This document shows positions 46,711 to 55,735 of a stretch of 56,871 bases of DNA, piece by piece. This DNA comes from Porticoccaceae bacterium. Its GTDB lineage: Bacteria > Pseudomonadota > Gammaproteobacteria > Pseudomonadales > Porticoccaceae. The notes beneath the pieces are model-generated. The model made no database searches, was not told the origin of the DNA, and saw only the letters and a program-made list of their open reading frames with translations. Each line of letters begins with the position of its first letter. The stretch's first letter is position 1. Made by a program: the position numbers and the translations under genes. The stretch is from contig DASUDS010000015.1 in the NCBI GenBank assembly GCA_036275455.1, positions 1 to 56,871 of the forward strand, in the 5' to 3' direction.

Positions 46711-47013
46711 CTATTCCAGATCAAGAATTGCCTGACTCAGCTTGCCGTCGAGGCGCTGGAGATCGGCGCTCGCGGCGCCGCTGATCTGGGTCGTCTGGCG
46801 CGACTGGGCCAGCTCGTAGGAGAGGTTCAGAGCCACCATCACCGCGATGCGCTCGATGCCGATGACGTTGCCGGAGCGGCGGATGTCGCGCATCCGCTGG
46901 TCGAGATCGCGCGCGGCGCCGAGCAGCGCTTCCTCCTGTTCGGGCGGGCAGTGGACCTGGTAGTCCTTGTCGAGGATGCGGATGCCGACAGTGGCATTGC
47001 TGGTCTCGGTCAT
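46711..47013 (-). CDS. zapA: cell division protein ZapA
   Basis: MTETSNATVGIRILDKDYQVHCPPEQEEALLGAARDLDQRMRDIR...IERIAVMVALNLSYEL is canonical ZapA. Confidence 0.92.
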   Translation of the reverse strand: MTETSNATVGIRILDKDYQVHCPPEQEEALLGAARDLDQRMRDIRRSGNVIGIERIAVMVALNLSYELAQSRQTTQISGAASADLQRLDGKLSQAILDLE

Positions 47014-47019
47014 CGGCGT

Positions 47020-47235
47020 TCAGGACTCCGGGGCCAGGGCCTTGAGGCGGGCGATCATGTTCTCGATCTTGCCGCGGGCGCGCTCGTTCTTTTCGAGCAG
47101 CTGGCTGCGTTCCCGCGCCAGGCTCGCTTCGCGCTCGCGGAGCAGCTCGTTCTCCGCCTTGAGGCGCGCACTGGCCGCGACCAGGCGATCGATCTTCTGT
47201 TCGAGTTCGGCGATCGAGGGCCCGTTCATGGCCAT
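47020..47235 (-). CDS. small coiled-coil protein (TIGR02449/ZapB-like) upstream of zapA
   Basis: The 71-aa heptad-rich sequence is ...IAELEQKIDRLVAASARLKAENELLREREASLARERSQLLEKNERARGKIENMIARLKAL. Its position upstream of zapA is conserved in Pseudomonas-like genomes. Confidence 0.75.
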   Translation of the reverse strand: MAMNGPSIAELEQKIDRLVAASARLKAENELLREREASLARERSQLLEKNERARGKIENMIARLKALAPES

Positions 47236-47347
47236 ATTTCGCTCTGGGCTATCGACGCGAGACTATAATTGCCCGGCCGCGAAATGGTCAATCGATGCGG
47301 GGCCCGTGCTAGGATGCGGCGATCCCCCAGCGTCGATTCCGGCTCCG

Positions 47348-47881
47348 GTGACTCCGTTCGACCAGCTCGCCGCCGCTTTCGCGGCCCTGCAAATCCCCCT
47401 GCACCCTGCCGAATGGCATGGGTTGATGGCCGGCGCCGGGGCCGGTGGCGGGCGTACGCCGGAGCAGGTGCTGACGCTGCTCGAGGCCGAGCTTGCCGCC
47501 GAGGTGATCGAAGACGGCGTGCGTCGCGCCTTTGCCGCAATCGCCGCCGATACGGCCGCCGAGCTGACCCGGATCGATTACGGGTTCCAGCTGCTCCTGC
47601 CCACCGATGAAAAACCGCTGCCGGCACGGGTCGAGGCACTCGCCGCCTGGTGCCAGGGCTTTCTCGCCGGGCTCGGCCAGAGCGGCGTGGCGCGCTCGCT
47701 GGGCGCCGATACCAGTGCGGCGCTCAACGACCTGGCCGCGATCGGTTGTGCCGACACCCTGCTCGACGGTTCGGAGGAGGACGAACGCGACTACGCCGAA
47801 CTGGTCGAGTACGTGCGTGCCGCCGCGCTGCTGATCGACGCCGAGCTGCGCGAGCGCCGTGCCGCCGCCAAGCTGCACTGA
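47348..47881 (+). CDS. ygfB: UPF0149-family protein YgfB
   Basis: ...HPAEWHGLMAGAGAGG...LLLPTDEKPLPARVEALAAWCQGFLAGLG...DLAAIGCAD...EEDERDYAELVEYVRAAALLI is YgfB-like and lies upstream of pepP. The start is GTG at 47348 or 47306; the long ORF-track N-terminus overlaps zapA in antisense. Confidence 0.82.
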   Translation: MTPFDQLAAAFAALQIPLHPAEWHGLMAGAGAGGGRTPEQVLTLLEAELAAEVIEDGVRRAFAAIAADTAAELTRIDYGFQLLLPTDEKPLPARVEALAAWCQGFLAGLGQSGVARSLGADTSAALNDLAAIGCADTLLDGSEEDERDYAELVEYVRAAALLIDAELRERRAAAKLH

Positions 47882-47923
47882 TTCGCCCCACCGCACCCCG
47901 TCATCCTGAACTACGGAACGCCG

Positions 47924-49234
47924 ATGATCACGCCTCAGGAATTTGCCCGCCGCCGCCGCGACCTGATGGCGATGATGGGCAGGAACAGCATCGCCGTACT
48001 GACTGCGGCGCCGGAGCGGGTGCGCAGCCGTGACACCCATTTTCCCTACCGGCAGGACAGCGATTTTCATTATCTGAGCGGTTTTCCCGAGCCCGAGGCG
48101 GTGTTGGTGCTGCTGCCCAAGCGGCGCGAAGGCGAATTCATCCTGTTCTGTCGCGAGCGCGATCGCGCCCGCGAGATCTGGGACGGCTATCGCGCCGGTC
48201 CCGAGGGTGCGCGCGAGCACTATGGCGCCGACGACGCCTTTCCCGTCGCCGACATCGACGACATCCTGCCCGGGCTGCTGGAAGGCCGTGATCGGGTCTA
48301 CTACGCACTGGGCCGCAACCGTGCCTTCGATACCCAGATGCTGGACTGGCTCGACGGCATCCGCGCCCGTGCGCGCAGCGGTGCGGTACCGCCGGAAGAA
48401 TTCGTCGATCTCGATCACCTGCTGCACGAGATGCGACTGTTCAAGAGCGCCAAGGAGCTCGGGGTGATGCGCAAGGCGGGCGCCATCAGTGCGCGCGCCC
48501 ACTGTCGGGCGATGCGCGCGGCACGGCCGGGTCTCTATGAGTATCAGCTCCAGGCCGAGATCGAGCACGCCTTCGCCAGTGAGGGCGCGCGTCATCCGGC
48601 CTATGGCTCCATCGTCGGCGGCGGCGCCAACGCCTGCGTGCTGCATTATGTCGACAATAGCGCACTGCTCCAGGATGGCGACCTGGTGCTGATCGATGCC
48701 GGCTGTGAATACCAGCATTACGCCGCCGACATCACCCGCACCTTTCCGGTCAACGGGCGCTTTTCGGCGCCGCAGCAGGCGCTCTACGAAGTGGTGCTGG
48801 CCGCCCAGCTCGCCGCCATCGACGCGGTGCGTGCCGGCAATCACTGGGACGAGCCCCACAAGGCCACGGTGCGAGTTATCACCGAGGGTCTGGTCGAATT
48901 GGGTCTGCTCAAGGGCAATGTCGGGGAGCTGATCGAGCGCAATGCCTACGCCGAGTTCTACATGCACCGCGCGGGTCACTGGCTGGGCATGGATGTGCAC
49001 GACGTCGGCGATTACAAGGTGGACGGCGAATGGCGCACGCTGGAGCCGGGCATGGTGATGACCGTCGAGCCCGGCATCTATGTGGCGCCGGACCACCGCA
49101 AGGTGGCCAAGAAATGGCGCGGCATCGGCATCCGCATCGAGGACGACGTCGCCATCACCCGCAAGGGCCCGGAGGTGCTCACCGCCGGGGTGCCCAAGAC
49201 CATCGCCGATATCGAGCACCTGATGGCGAGCTGA
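47924..49234 (+). CDS. pepP: Xaa-Pro aminopeptidase PepP
   Basis: ...FPYRQDSDFHYLSGFPEPEAVLVL...VLIDAGCEYQHYAADITRTFPVNGRF...HRAGHWLGMDVHDVG...VMTVEPGIY...GIRIEDDV are M24B motifs. Confidence 0.93.
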   Translation: MITPQEFARRRRDLMAMMGRNSIAVLTAAPERVRSRDTHFPYRQDSDFHYLSGFPEPEAVLVLLPKRREGEFILFCRERDRAREIWDGYRAGPEGAREHYGADDAFPVADIDDILPGLLEGRDRVYYALGRNRAFDTQMLDWLDGIRARARSGAVPPEEFVDLDHLLHEMRLFKSAKELGVMRKAGAISARAHCRAMRAARPGLYEYQLQAEIEHAFASEGARHPAYGSIVGGGANACVLHYVDNSALLQDGDLVLIDAGCEYQHYAADITRTFPVNGRFSAPQQALYEVVLAAQLAAIDAVRAGNHWDEPHKATVRVITEGLVELGLLKGNVGELIERNAYAEFYMHRAGHWLGMDVHDVGDYKVDGEWRTLEPGMVMTVEPGIYVAPDHRKVAKKWRGIGIRIEDDVAITRKGPEVLTAGVPKTIADIEHLMAS

Positions 49235-49238
49235 CCGG

Positions 49239-50450
49239 ATGGACGATGCCGTGGACATCGCCATTGCTGGATCGGGCCACACCGCGCTTGCTGCGGCACT
49301 GATGCTGGCTCGAGCGGTGCCGCAGTGGCGCATCGCGCTGCTCGGCGGTGCGGACGCCGCCGCCAGCACCGATCCCCGGGTCACCGCGTTGGCGGCCAGC
49401 AGCCGGGAAATCTTCACCGAGCTCGGTATCTGGTCGGCGCTGGCCGCGGTGGCCGCGCCCATCCTCGACATCCGCATCGACGAGCACGGTGCGCCGGCGC
49501 GGGCGAACCTGGGGCCGGTGCCGGCAGAAGATGCCCTCGGCCATGTGATCGCAAACGCCGCGCTTTCCGCCGGCCTGGCCGCGGCCGTCGCCGCACAGGC
49601 CAACGTGCTGGCGTTGCCGGCCGTGGCTGGCCCGCCACGGTTTGCTGCCGATCACGTCGCCGTGCCGGTCGGCGGCGGCATGCTGAGCGCACGTCTGCTG
49701 ATCGTCGCGGACGGCGCGAATTCTCCATTGCGCACCGGGCTCGGCATCGAGACCGACACCCGCGACTACGCCGCCACCGCGCTGCTCGCTACCCTGGAAC
49801 TCGACTCGCCCCATTGCGGTGTCGCCTTCGAGCATTTCACCGCCAGTGGCCCGCTCGCCCTGCTGCCGTTGCCGGCGTGCGCTGGCCGCGCGCGCATGGC
49901 CCTGGTCTGGGTGTTGCCCCCCGAGCGCGCCGCCGCACTGGCCGCGCAGACACCGGAGCGGCGCCTGATCGCGTTGCACGCGGCGCTGCCGCCGGGGGTC
50001 GCCGTGGTCGCCGCCATGAGCGCCCCGGCGCTGGTGCCGCTGCGCCGGATCCGTGCCTGCGAGCAGGTGCGCTCGCGGCTGGTGCTGGCCGGCAATGCCG
50101 CCCACAGCCTGCATCCGGTGGCCGGCCAGGGCTTCAATCTCGGCGTGCGCGATCTCGCCGCGCTTGCGCAGGCGCTGCGCGAGCAGGCAGCGGACGGTGG
50201 TGATCCGGGCGCGCTGCGGGTGCTCGCGGACTACGCCCGGCGTCGTGAGCGCGATCAACAGCGCACCCTGGTATTCAGCGAAACCCTGCCGGCGCTGTTT
50301 GCGCGACGCGAGCTGCCGCTGCGGCTCGGCCGCCAGTTGGGGCTGATTGCCCTGGATCGGTTGCCGCCGCTGCGCCGGGCGGTGGCCCGCTTCGGCGCGG
50401 GGCTCAGCCTGCCGGCAGCCCGCGTGGTGGATGCCGATGCACGACTGTGA
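49239..50450 (+). CDS. ubiH: FAD-dependent ubiquinone-biosynthesis hydroxylase (UbiH-type)
   Basis: ...VDIAIAGSGHTALAAAL...LLIVADGANSPLR...VLAGNAAHSLHPVAGQGFNLGVRD... fits the UbiH/UbiF/Coq6 family. It occupies the pepP-ubiH-visC position. Confidence 0.85.
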   Translation: MDDAVDIAIAGSGHTALAAALMLARAVPQWRIALLGGADAAASTDPRVTALAASSREIFTELGIWSALAAVAAPILDIRIDEHGAPARANLGPVPAEDALGHVIANAALSAGLAAAVAAQANVLALPAVAGPPRFAADHVAVPVGGGMLSARLLIVADGANSPLRTGLGIETDTRDYAATALLATLELDSPHCGVAFEHFTASGPLALLPLPACAGRARMALVWVLPPERAAALAAQTPERRLIALHAALPPGVAVVAAMSAPALVPLRRIRACEQVRSRLVLAGNAAHSLHPVAGQGFNLGVRDLAALAQALREQAADGGDPGALRVLADYARRRERDQQRTLVFSETLPALFARRELPLRLGRQLGLIALDRLPPLRRAVARFGAGLSLPAARVVDADARL

Positions 50451-51648
50451 CGTCCTGGTGGTCGGCGCCGGTCCGGTGGGTGCCGCCTTTGCGCTGGCGC
50501 TCGCCCAGGCGCCGGCCGCGGCGCAACTGCGCATCCTGCTGGTGGAAACCCAGCCCGCCGCGGCGCTGGACGAAACGCCGTTGCTGGAGCCCCGGGCGCT
50601 GGCGCTGAGCCCGCGCAGCCGGAAATTGCTGGAGCGCCTAGGCGCCTGGACGCCGGAACTGGCCGCGCGCGCCTGTTCCTACCAGACCATGGAAGTCTGG
50701 GATCGCAGCACTTCGGGTCGGGTCGGCTTCGACAGTGCGGAGATCCACCAGCCCGAGCTTGGCCATATTCTCGGTCAGCCGGCGCTGGTCGCCGCCCTGA
50801 CCACGGCGCTGCGCGCGCAACCCAATATCGTGCTGCGCTGCCCGGCGACGGTGACCGGCATCGAGCGGCTGGTGGGAGGCGGCTGCGGGATTCGGCTGGG
50901 CGCGGAATTGGTCCGCACCGCACTGCTGGTGGCGGCCGACGGCCCCGATTCACCGGTACGCGAACACTTCGGCATCGCCACGCAGCGCTGGGATCCGGGC
51001 CAGCAGGCGCTGGTCGCGGTGCTGCGCACCGAGCGCGCGCATGGGCATTGCGCTCGGCAGTGGTTCGCGCCCAGCGGCCCGCTGGCCTTTCTGCCCCTGG
51101 CCGGCGATCGACATCATGTCGCCATCGTCTGGTCGCAGGAGCGGGTCGAGGCCGAGCGCCTCCATGCGCTCGATGCCCAGGCGCTGGCCCGAGCCCTGGA
51201 GCTGGCCAGCGAAGGTGTACTCGGCAGCATTGCCTTGGTGGGTCCGCCGCGCCTGATCCCGCTGCACCAGCACCATGCCGACAGCTATGTGTTGCCGGGC
51301 GTCGCCCTGCTGGGTGATGCCGCCCACGTGGTACATCCGCTGGCCGGCCAGGGCGTCAACCTGGGGCTGGCCGATGCCGAGGTGCTGGCGGCCGAGTTGG
51401 TCGCAGGTCTCGATGGTGGTGGCGCCATCGCCAGCTGCGCAGCGGAAGCACTGGCCCGCTACCAGCGCCGGCGGCGGCCGGAGAATCTGGCGATGCTCGC
51501 CGCGATGCGCGGCTTCAAGACGCTGTTCGGCGATACCCGGCTGCCGGTTTCGCTGCTGCGTGCGGCCGGCATGGTGGCGTTCGAACGTCTCGCTCCGCTC
51601 AAGCACCTGGTGATGGCCGCGGCAGCCGGCGAGCGCTGGACACCATGA
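50437..51648 (+). CDS. ubiI: FAD-dependent ubiquinone-biosynthesis hydroxylase (UbiI/VisC-type)
   Basis: MHDCDVLVVGAGPVGAAFALAL...LLVAADGPDSPVRE...LLGDAAHVVHPLAGQGVNLGLAD... The start is ATG at 50437 or 50431 and overlaps the ubiH end. Confidence 0.82.
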   Translation: MHDCDVLVVGAGPVGAAFALALAQAPAAAQLRILLVETQPAAALDETPLLEPRALALSPRSRKLLERLGAWTPELAARACSYQTMEVWDRSTSGRVGFDSAEIHQPELGHILGQPALVAALTTALRAQPNIVLRCPATVTGIERLVGGGCGIRLGAELVRTALLVAADGPDSPVREHFGIATQRWDPGQQALVAVLRTERAHGHCARQWFAPSGPLAFLPLAGDRHHVAIVWSQERVEAERLHALDAQALARALELASEGVLGSIALVGPPRLIPLHQHHADSYVLPGVALLGDAAHVVHPLAGQGVNLGLADAEVLAAELVAGLDGGGAIASCAAEALARYQRRRRPENLAMLAAMRGFKTLFGDTRLPVSLLRAAGMVAFERLAPLKHLVMAAAAGERWTP

Positions 51649-51799
51649 CCCGGCAGCCGTAACCGAGGTTACCGCGCGGTTTACCCTCTCCAGTGCATCC
51701 TCTATAGTGTTTTTCCTGAGGTGCAGCGTTTTTCCTTGCGTTTTTCCCGCCTTGCATCGCGTGCAGGGTGCGGATATCCAATAAGCAGGTGACATCATC

Positions 51800-52981
51800 A
51801 TGGCGGATCTGGAACTGTTCAGGCGCGAGACCCGCGCCTGGCTGGAAGCCAACTGCCCGCAATCGCAGCGGGAGCCAGTAGTCGAGTTCGAGGACCGCTG
51901 CTGGGGCGGGACGAAATGGAAATTCACCAGCGACGATCAACGGCGCTGGCTGGAAGTGATGGCCGAGCGCGGCTGGACCGCGCCCGACTGGCCCGCCGAG
52001 TACGGTGGTGGCGGCCTCGACAAGGAAGAAACCAAGATCCTCCGCGAGGAGATGCAGCGCATCGGCGCGCGCCTGCCGCTGTTCAGCATGGGCCTGTCGA
52101 TGATCGGCCCGGCGCTGCTCAAGTACGGTTCCGAGGCGCTCAAGCGCCAGCACATCCCGAATATCGTGCAGGGCAGGATCTGGTGGTGCCAGGGCTACAG
52201 CGAGCCCAACTACGGCTCCGATCTGGCCGGCCTGCAGACCCGCGCCGAAGATCGCGGCGATCACTTTCTGGTCAATGGCCAGAAGGTATGGACCTCCTAC
52301 GCCGAACGCGCCGACTGGATGTTCTGCCTGGTGCGCACCGCGCCGGACGCGCCCAAGCACGCCGGCATCAGTCTGGTGCTGTTCGACATGACCACCCCCG
52401 GGGTGACGGTGAAGCCGATCCGGCTCATCTCCGGCAAGTCGCCGTTCTGCGAGACCTTCCTCGACAATGTGCGCGTCGAGAAGGATCAGCTGGTCGGTGA
52501 ACTCAACCGCGGCTGGGAGCTGGCCACCTACCTGCTCACCCATGAGCGCGAGATGATCGGCAGCATCGGCCAGAGCAACGTCGATGCCCGTCTCCATCCC
52601 CCGGCCATCGCCGAGATCGGCCTGGTCCATGGCCAGCTCGCCGACAGCGTGCTGCGCACCGACATCGCCCGCTGGGAGATGGATCACCGCGCCTTCGAAC
52701 TCACCGCCGAGCGGATCACCGACGAAGCTACCGCCGGGCACGGGGTCGGCGCCGCCTCCTCGATGCTCAAGTACGCCGGCACCGAGATCAACAAGCGCCG
52801 CCACGAATTGCTGGTGGCCATCCACGGCCAGCGTGGCCTGGCCTGGGAGGGCGATGCCTACGACCACGGCATCACGGCGACCCAGTGGCTGCGCACCAAG
52901 GGCAATTCCATCGAGGGCGGCACCTCGGAAGTGCAATTGAACATCATCGCCAAGCGCATTCTGGGCTTGGGCAGGGAATGA
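51800..52981 (+). CDS. acyl-CoA dehydrogenase family protein (catalytic-type subunit)
   Basis: ...WCQGYSEPNYGSDLAGLQTRAEDRGDHFLVNGQKVWTSYAERADWMFCLVRT...NSIEGGTSEVQLNIIAKRILGL. The C-terminal IEGGTSE segment retains the Glu at the usual catalytic-base position. Confidence 0.88.
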   Translation: MADLELFRRETRAWLEANCPQSQREPVVEFEDRCWGGTKWKFTSDDQRRWLEVMAERGWTAPDWPAEYGGGGLDKEETKILREEMQRIGARLPLFSMGLSMIGPALLKYGSEALKRQHIPNIVQGRIWWCQGYSEPNYGSDLAGLQTRAEDRGDHFLVNGQKVWTSYAERADWMFCLVRTAPDAPKHAGISLVLFDMTTPGVTVKPIRLISGKSPFCETFLDNVRVEKDQLVGELNRGWELATYLLTHEREMIGSIGQSNVDARLHPPAIAEIGLVHGQLADSVLRTDIARWEMDHRAFELTAERITDEATAGHGVGAASSMLKYAGTEINKRRHELLVAIHGQRGLAWEGDAYDHGITATQWLRTKGNSIEGGTSEVQLNIIAKRILGLGRE

Positions 52982-52992
52982 CGGGGCGAACC

Positions 52993-54120
52993 ATGGCGCT
53001 GGTACTCAACGAAGAACAACGCATGCTCAAGGATGCGGCGCGCGAATTCCTCGCCGCGAACGCTCCGGTGGCCCAGTTGCGTGAATTGCGCGACGCGCGC
53101 GATCCGCTCGGCTATCGCCCGGAGACCTGGCAGGCCATGGTCGAGCTGGGCTGGACCGGGGTGCTGGTGCCCGAGGCCCAGGGCGGGCTCGATTTCGGCC
53201 ACGTCGGCATGGGCCAGATCAGCGAGGAGGCCGGCCGCACCCTGACGGCATCGCCGCTGTTCGCCACCGCGGTGATGGGCGTCTCTGCCCTGGTGCTGGC
53301 AGGGACGGAGGCGCAGCGCGCGGCGCTGCTGCCGGCCATCGTCGCCGGCGAACTGACCCTGGCGCCGGCCTTCGACGAGGGCCCGCGTCACGCGCCAGAT
53401 GCGGTCGCCACCCGGCTGCGGCAAAGTGGTTCCGGCTGGGTGCTCGACGGTGCCAAGGCGTTCGTGCCCGATGGCCACAGCGCCGATCACCTGCTGGTGT
53501 CGGCGCGCATCGAGGGCAGCGCGCGGCTGGCCCTGGTGCTGGTCGAGCGCGCCGCGCCGGGCGTCGCCGTCGAGCGGGTGGTCATGGCGGATCAACGCAA
53601 CAGCGCCAATGTGCGTCTTGCGGGCGTGGCGGTGGCCGCCGATGCCGTACTCGGCGGCGTTGCGGACGCCAGTGCGGTGCTCGCGCGGCTCGCCGACATC
53701 GGCAACGCCCACCTCGCCGCCGAACTGCTCGGGTTGGCGGCGGAAGTGTTTCAGCGCACCGTCGAGTACCTCAACACGCGCAAGCAGTTCGGCGTGCTCA
53801 TCGGTTCCTATCAGGGCTTGCAGCACCGCGCCGCGCACCTCTACAGCGAGCTCGAACTGCTCAAGTCGCTGGTCCTGAAGACTCTCCAGGCGCTCGATGC
53901 CGGCAGCGACGAGGTGGCGGTACTGGCCAGCCTCGCCAAGGCCAAGGCCGGGGAGGTTGCGACGCTCGCCACCAACGAGGCGGTGCAGATGCACGGCGGC
54001 GTGGGCATGACCGACGAGCTGGAGATCGGCTTCTTCATGAAGCGGGCGCGGGTCGCGGAGCAGCTCTATGGCGACCACCGCTACCACCTGCAACGCTACG
54101 CCGCCCTGTGCGGTTACTGA
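52993..54120 (+). CDS. acyl-CoA dehydrogenase family protein (partner subunit; usual catalytic Glu position is Gly)
   Basis: MALVLNEEQRMLKDAAREFL...TVEYLNTRKQFGVLIGSYQGLQHRAA...VQMHGGVGMTDELEIGFFMKRARVAEQLYGDHRYH. The start is ATG at 52993, or at 52978 (an ATGA overlap with the previous stop). Confidence 0.85.
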   Translation: MALVLNEEQRMLKDAAREFLAANAPVAQLRELRDARDPLGYRPETWQAMVELGWTGVLVPEAQGGLDFGHVGMGQISEEAGRTLTASPLFATAVMGVSALVLAGTEAQRAALLPAIVAGELTLAPAFDEGPRHAPDAVATRLRQSGSGWVLDGAKAFVPDGHSADHLLVSARIEGSARLALVLVERAAPGVAVERVVMADQRNSANVRLAGVAVAADAVLGGVADASAVLARLADIGNAHLAAELLGLAAEVFQRTVEYLNTRKQFGVLIGSYQGLQHRAAHLYSELELLKSLVLKTLQALDAGSDEVAVLASLAKAKAGEVATLATNEAVQMHGGVGMTDELEIGFFMKRARVAEQLYGDHRYHLQRYAALCGY

Positions 54121-54151
54121 TCCCCATCTTCCCAGCCACGAGGATATCTGC

Positions 54152-54616
54152 ATGACCCTGCGCATCGACCCCACCAATCTGGCCGCCTGCATCGGCCAGG
54201 ACGCTGGCACCTCCGACTGGTTCGCCATCGATCAGTCGCGCGTCAACGACTTCGCCGACGTCACCCTGGATCACCAGTTCATCCACGTCGATCCCGAGCG
54301 CGCCAAACAGTCGCCCTTCGGCACCACCATCGCCCACGGTTTTCTGACACTGTCGATGCTCGCCTACTTCCTGCAAAACGGCGTCGGCATCGACGTGCCC
54401 AACCGCACCATGGGCGTCAACTACGGTTTCGACAAGGTGCGCTTCCTGGCCCCGGTCAAGGTCGGCCGCCGCATCCGCGCCAATGCCAAGGTGCTGGAGG
54501 CCGCGGAAAAGAGCCCCGGCCAGTTCCTGTTCAAGCTCGACATCACCGTGGAGATCGAAGGCGAGGACAAGCCGGCACTCAAGGCCGAGTGGCTCAACAT
54601 GATTTTCACCCGCTGA
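54152..54616 (+). CDS. MaoC-family (R)-specific enoyl-CoA hydratase-like dehydratase
   Basis: MTLRIDPTNLAACIGQDAGTSDWFAIDQSRVNDFADVTLDHQFIHVDPERAKQSPFGTTIAHGFL is a hotdog hydratase motif variant. Confidence 0.85.
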   Translation: MTLRIDPTNLAACIGQDAGTSDWFAIDQSRVNDFADVTLDHQFIHVDPERAKQSPFGTTIAHGFLTLSMLAYFLQNGVGIDVPNRTMGVNYGFDKVRFLAPVKVGRRIRANAKVLEAAEKSPGQFLFKLDITVEIEGEDKPALKAEWLNMIFTR

Positions 54617-54784
54617 CGGATCCGCACCCGCTGACGGATCCGCACCCGCTGACGGATCCCTGCCCGCTGAACGCGGCCTGCAACGCCCAAGAACCTGCAA
54701 TATCGAAGATATCCAGGAGCCTGCAATATCCAAGAGCCTGCAACGCTCCAGAACCTGTAACGCTCCAGAAAGAGGAACTCCAGC
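54607..54784. repeat. two consecutive tandem arrays filling the MaoC/SDR spacer: 18 nt x4 (stop-containing), then about 17 nt x5 (RBS-containing)
   Basis: First array: cacccgcTGAcggatccg x3, then tgcccgcTGAacgcggcc. Second array: tgcaacgcccaagaacc / tgcaatatcgaagatatccaggagcc / tgcaatatccaagagcc / tgcaacgctccagaacc / tgtaacgctccagaaagaggaactccagc-ATG. Confidence 0.9.
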
Positions 54785-55696
54785 ATGACTATTCGATTCG
54801 ACGGCCGCGTGGCCATCGTCACCGGCGCCGGCAACGGCCTGGGCCGCTCCCATGCGCTGGCCCTGGCGGCGCGCGGTGCCAAGGTGGTGGTCAATGACCT
54901 CGGCGGCGCCCGCGACGGCACCGGTGCTTCCAGCGAAGCGGCGCGCGCCGTGGTCGCGGAAATCAAGGCCGCTGGCGGCGAAGCCATCGCCAATGGCGCC
55001 AACGTGGCCGATTTCGCCCAGGTGCAGGCGATGGTCAAGGAGACGATGGACGCCTGGGGACGGGTGGACATCCTCATCAACAACGCCGGCATCCTGCGCG
55101 ACAAGTCCTTCTCCAAGATGGACATGGCCGACTTCAAGCTGGTGATGGACGTGCACCTGATGGGCGCGGCCTACTGCGCCAAGGCAGTGTGGGAGATCAT
55201 GAAGGAGCAGAACTACGGCCGCATCGTGATGACCTCGTCGTCGAGTGGCCTGTACGGCAATTTCGGCCAGTCGAACTACAGCGCTGCCAAGCTCGCCGTG
55301 GTCGGCCTGATGAACAGCCTCGCCCAGGAAGGCGAAAAGTACAATGTGCGGGTCAATTCGCTGGCGCCCGCGGCGCTGACGCGGATGACCGAGGACATCA
55401 TTCCCGACCCGCGTGCCGCCGCGGTGATGCAGCCCGAGCCGGTCAGCGCCGGGGTGCTGGTGCTGTGCTCCGAAGACGCGCCCAACAAGTTCATTCTCTG
55501 TGCCGGTGCCGGTGGTTACGCCAGCGCCCACCTCTACGAGACCCGCGGTCTCTATCTGGCCGAACAGACCCCGGAAGCGGTGCAGGAGCACTGGGCGCAG
55601 ATCGACGATCCCAAGGGCGAGGAGCGGCTTTCCGGAGCCCTCAAGCAGACCGAGAAATTCATCGGCTACGCGCTCGCCGCGCAGAAATCATCCTGA
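54785..55696 (+). CDS. SDR-family oxidoreductase (MFE-2-type 3-hydroxyacyl-CoA dehydrogenase-like)
   Basis: MTIRFDGRVAIVTGAGNGLGRSHALALAARGAKVVVNDLGG...NNAGILRDKSF...SSSSGLYGNFGQSNYSAAKLA resembles the N-terminal dehydrogenase domain of multifunctional enzyme type 2. Confidence 0.88.
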   Translation: MTIRFDGRVAIVTGAGNGLGRSHALALAARGAKVVVNDLGGARDGTGASSEAARAVVAEIKAAGGEAIANGANVADFAQVQAMVKETMDAWGRVDILINNAGILRDKSFSKMDMADFKLVMDVHLMGAAYCAKAVWEIMKEQNYGRIVMTSSSSGLYGNFGQSNYSAAKLAVVGLMNSLAQEGEKYNVRVNSLAPAALTRMTEDIIPDPRAAAVMQPEPVSAGVLVLCSEDAPNKFILCAGAGGYASAHLYETRGLYLAEQTPEAVQEHWAQIDDPKGEERLSGALKQTEKFIGYALAAQKSS

Positions 55697-55717
55697 TTCC
55701 ACTCATCCTGATTCCAC
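55688..55717. repeat. 15-nt x2 perfect tandem duplication of the SDR gene 3' end including TGA
   Basis: tcatccTGAttccac occurs at 55688-55702 and again at 55703-55717. The stops at 55694 and 55709 are in frame. Confidence 0.88.
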
Positions 55718-55735
55718 GTATCGAGGAGCACTGAC

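Noticed and set aside
47264-47269. TATAAT at 47264-47269 as the ygfB promoter -10 box.
   Set aside because: There is no acceptable -35 or extended -10 at 16-19 nt spacing. This is plausible, but a single hexamer is too weak to report as a feature.
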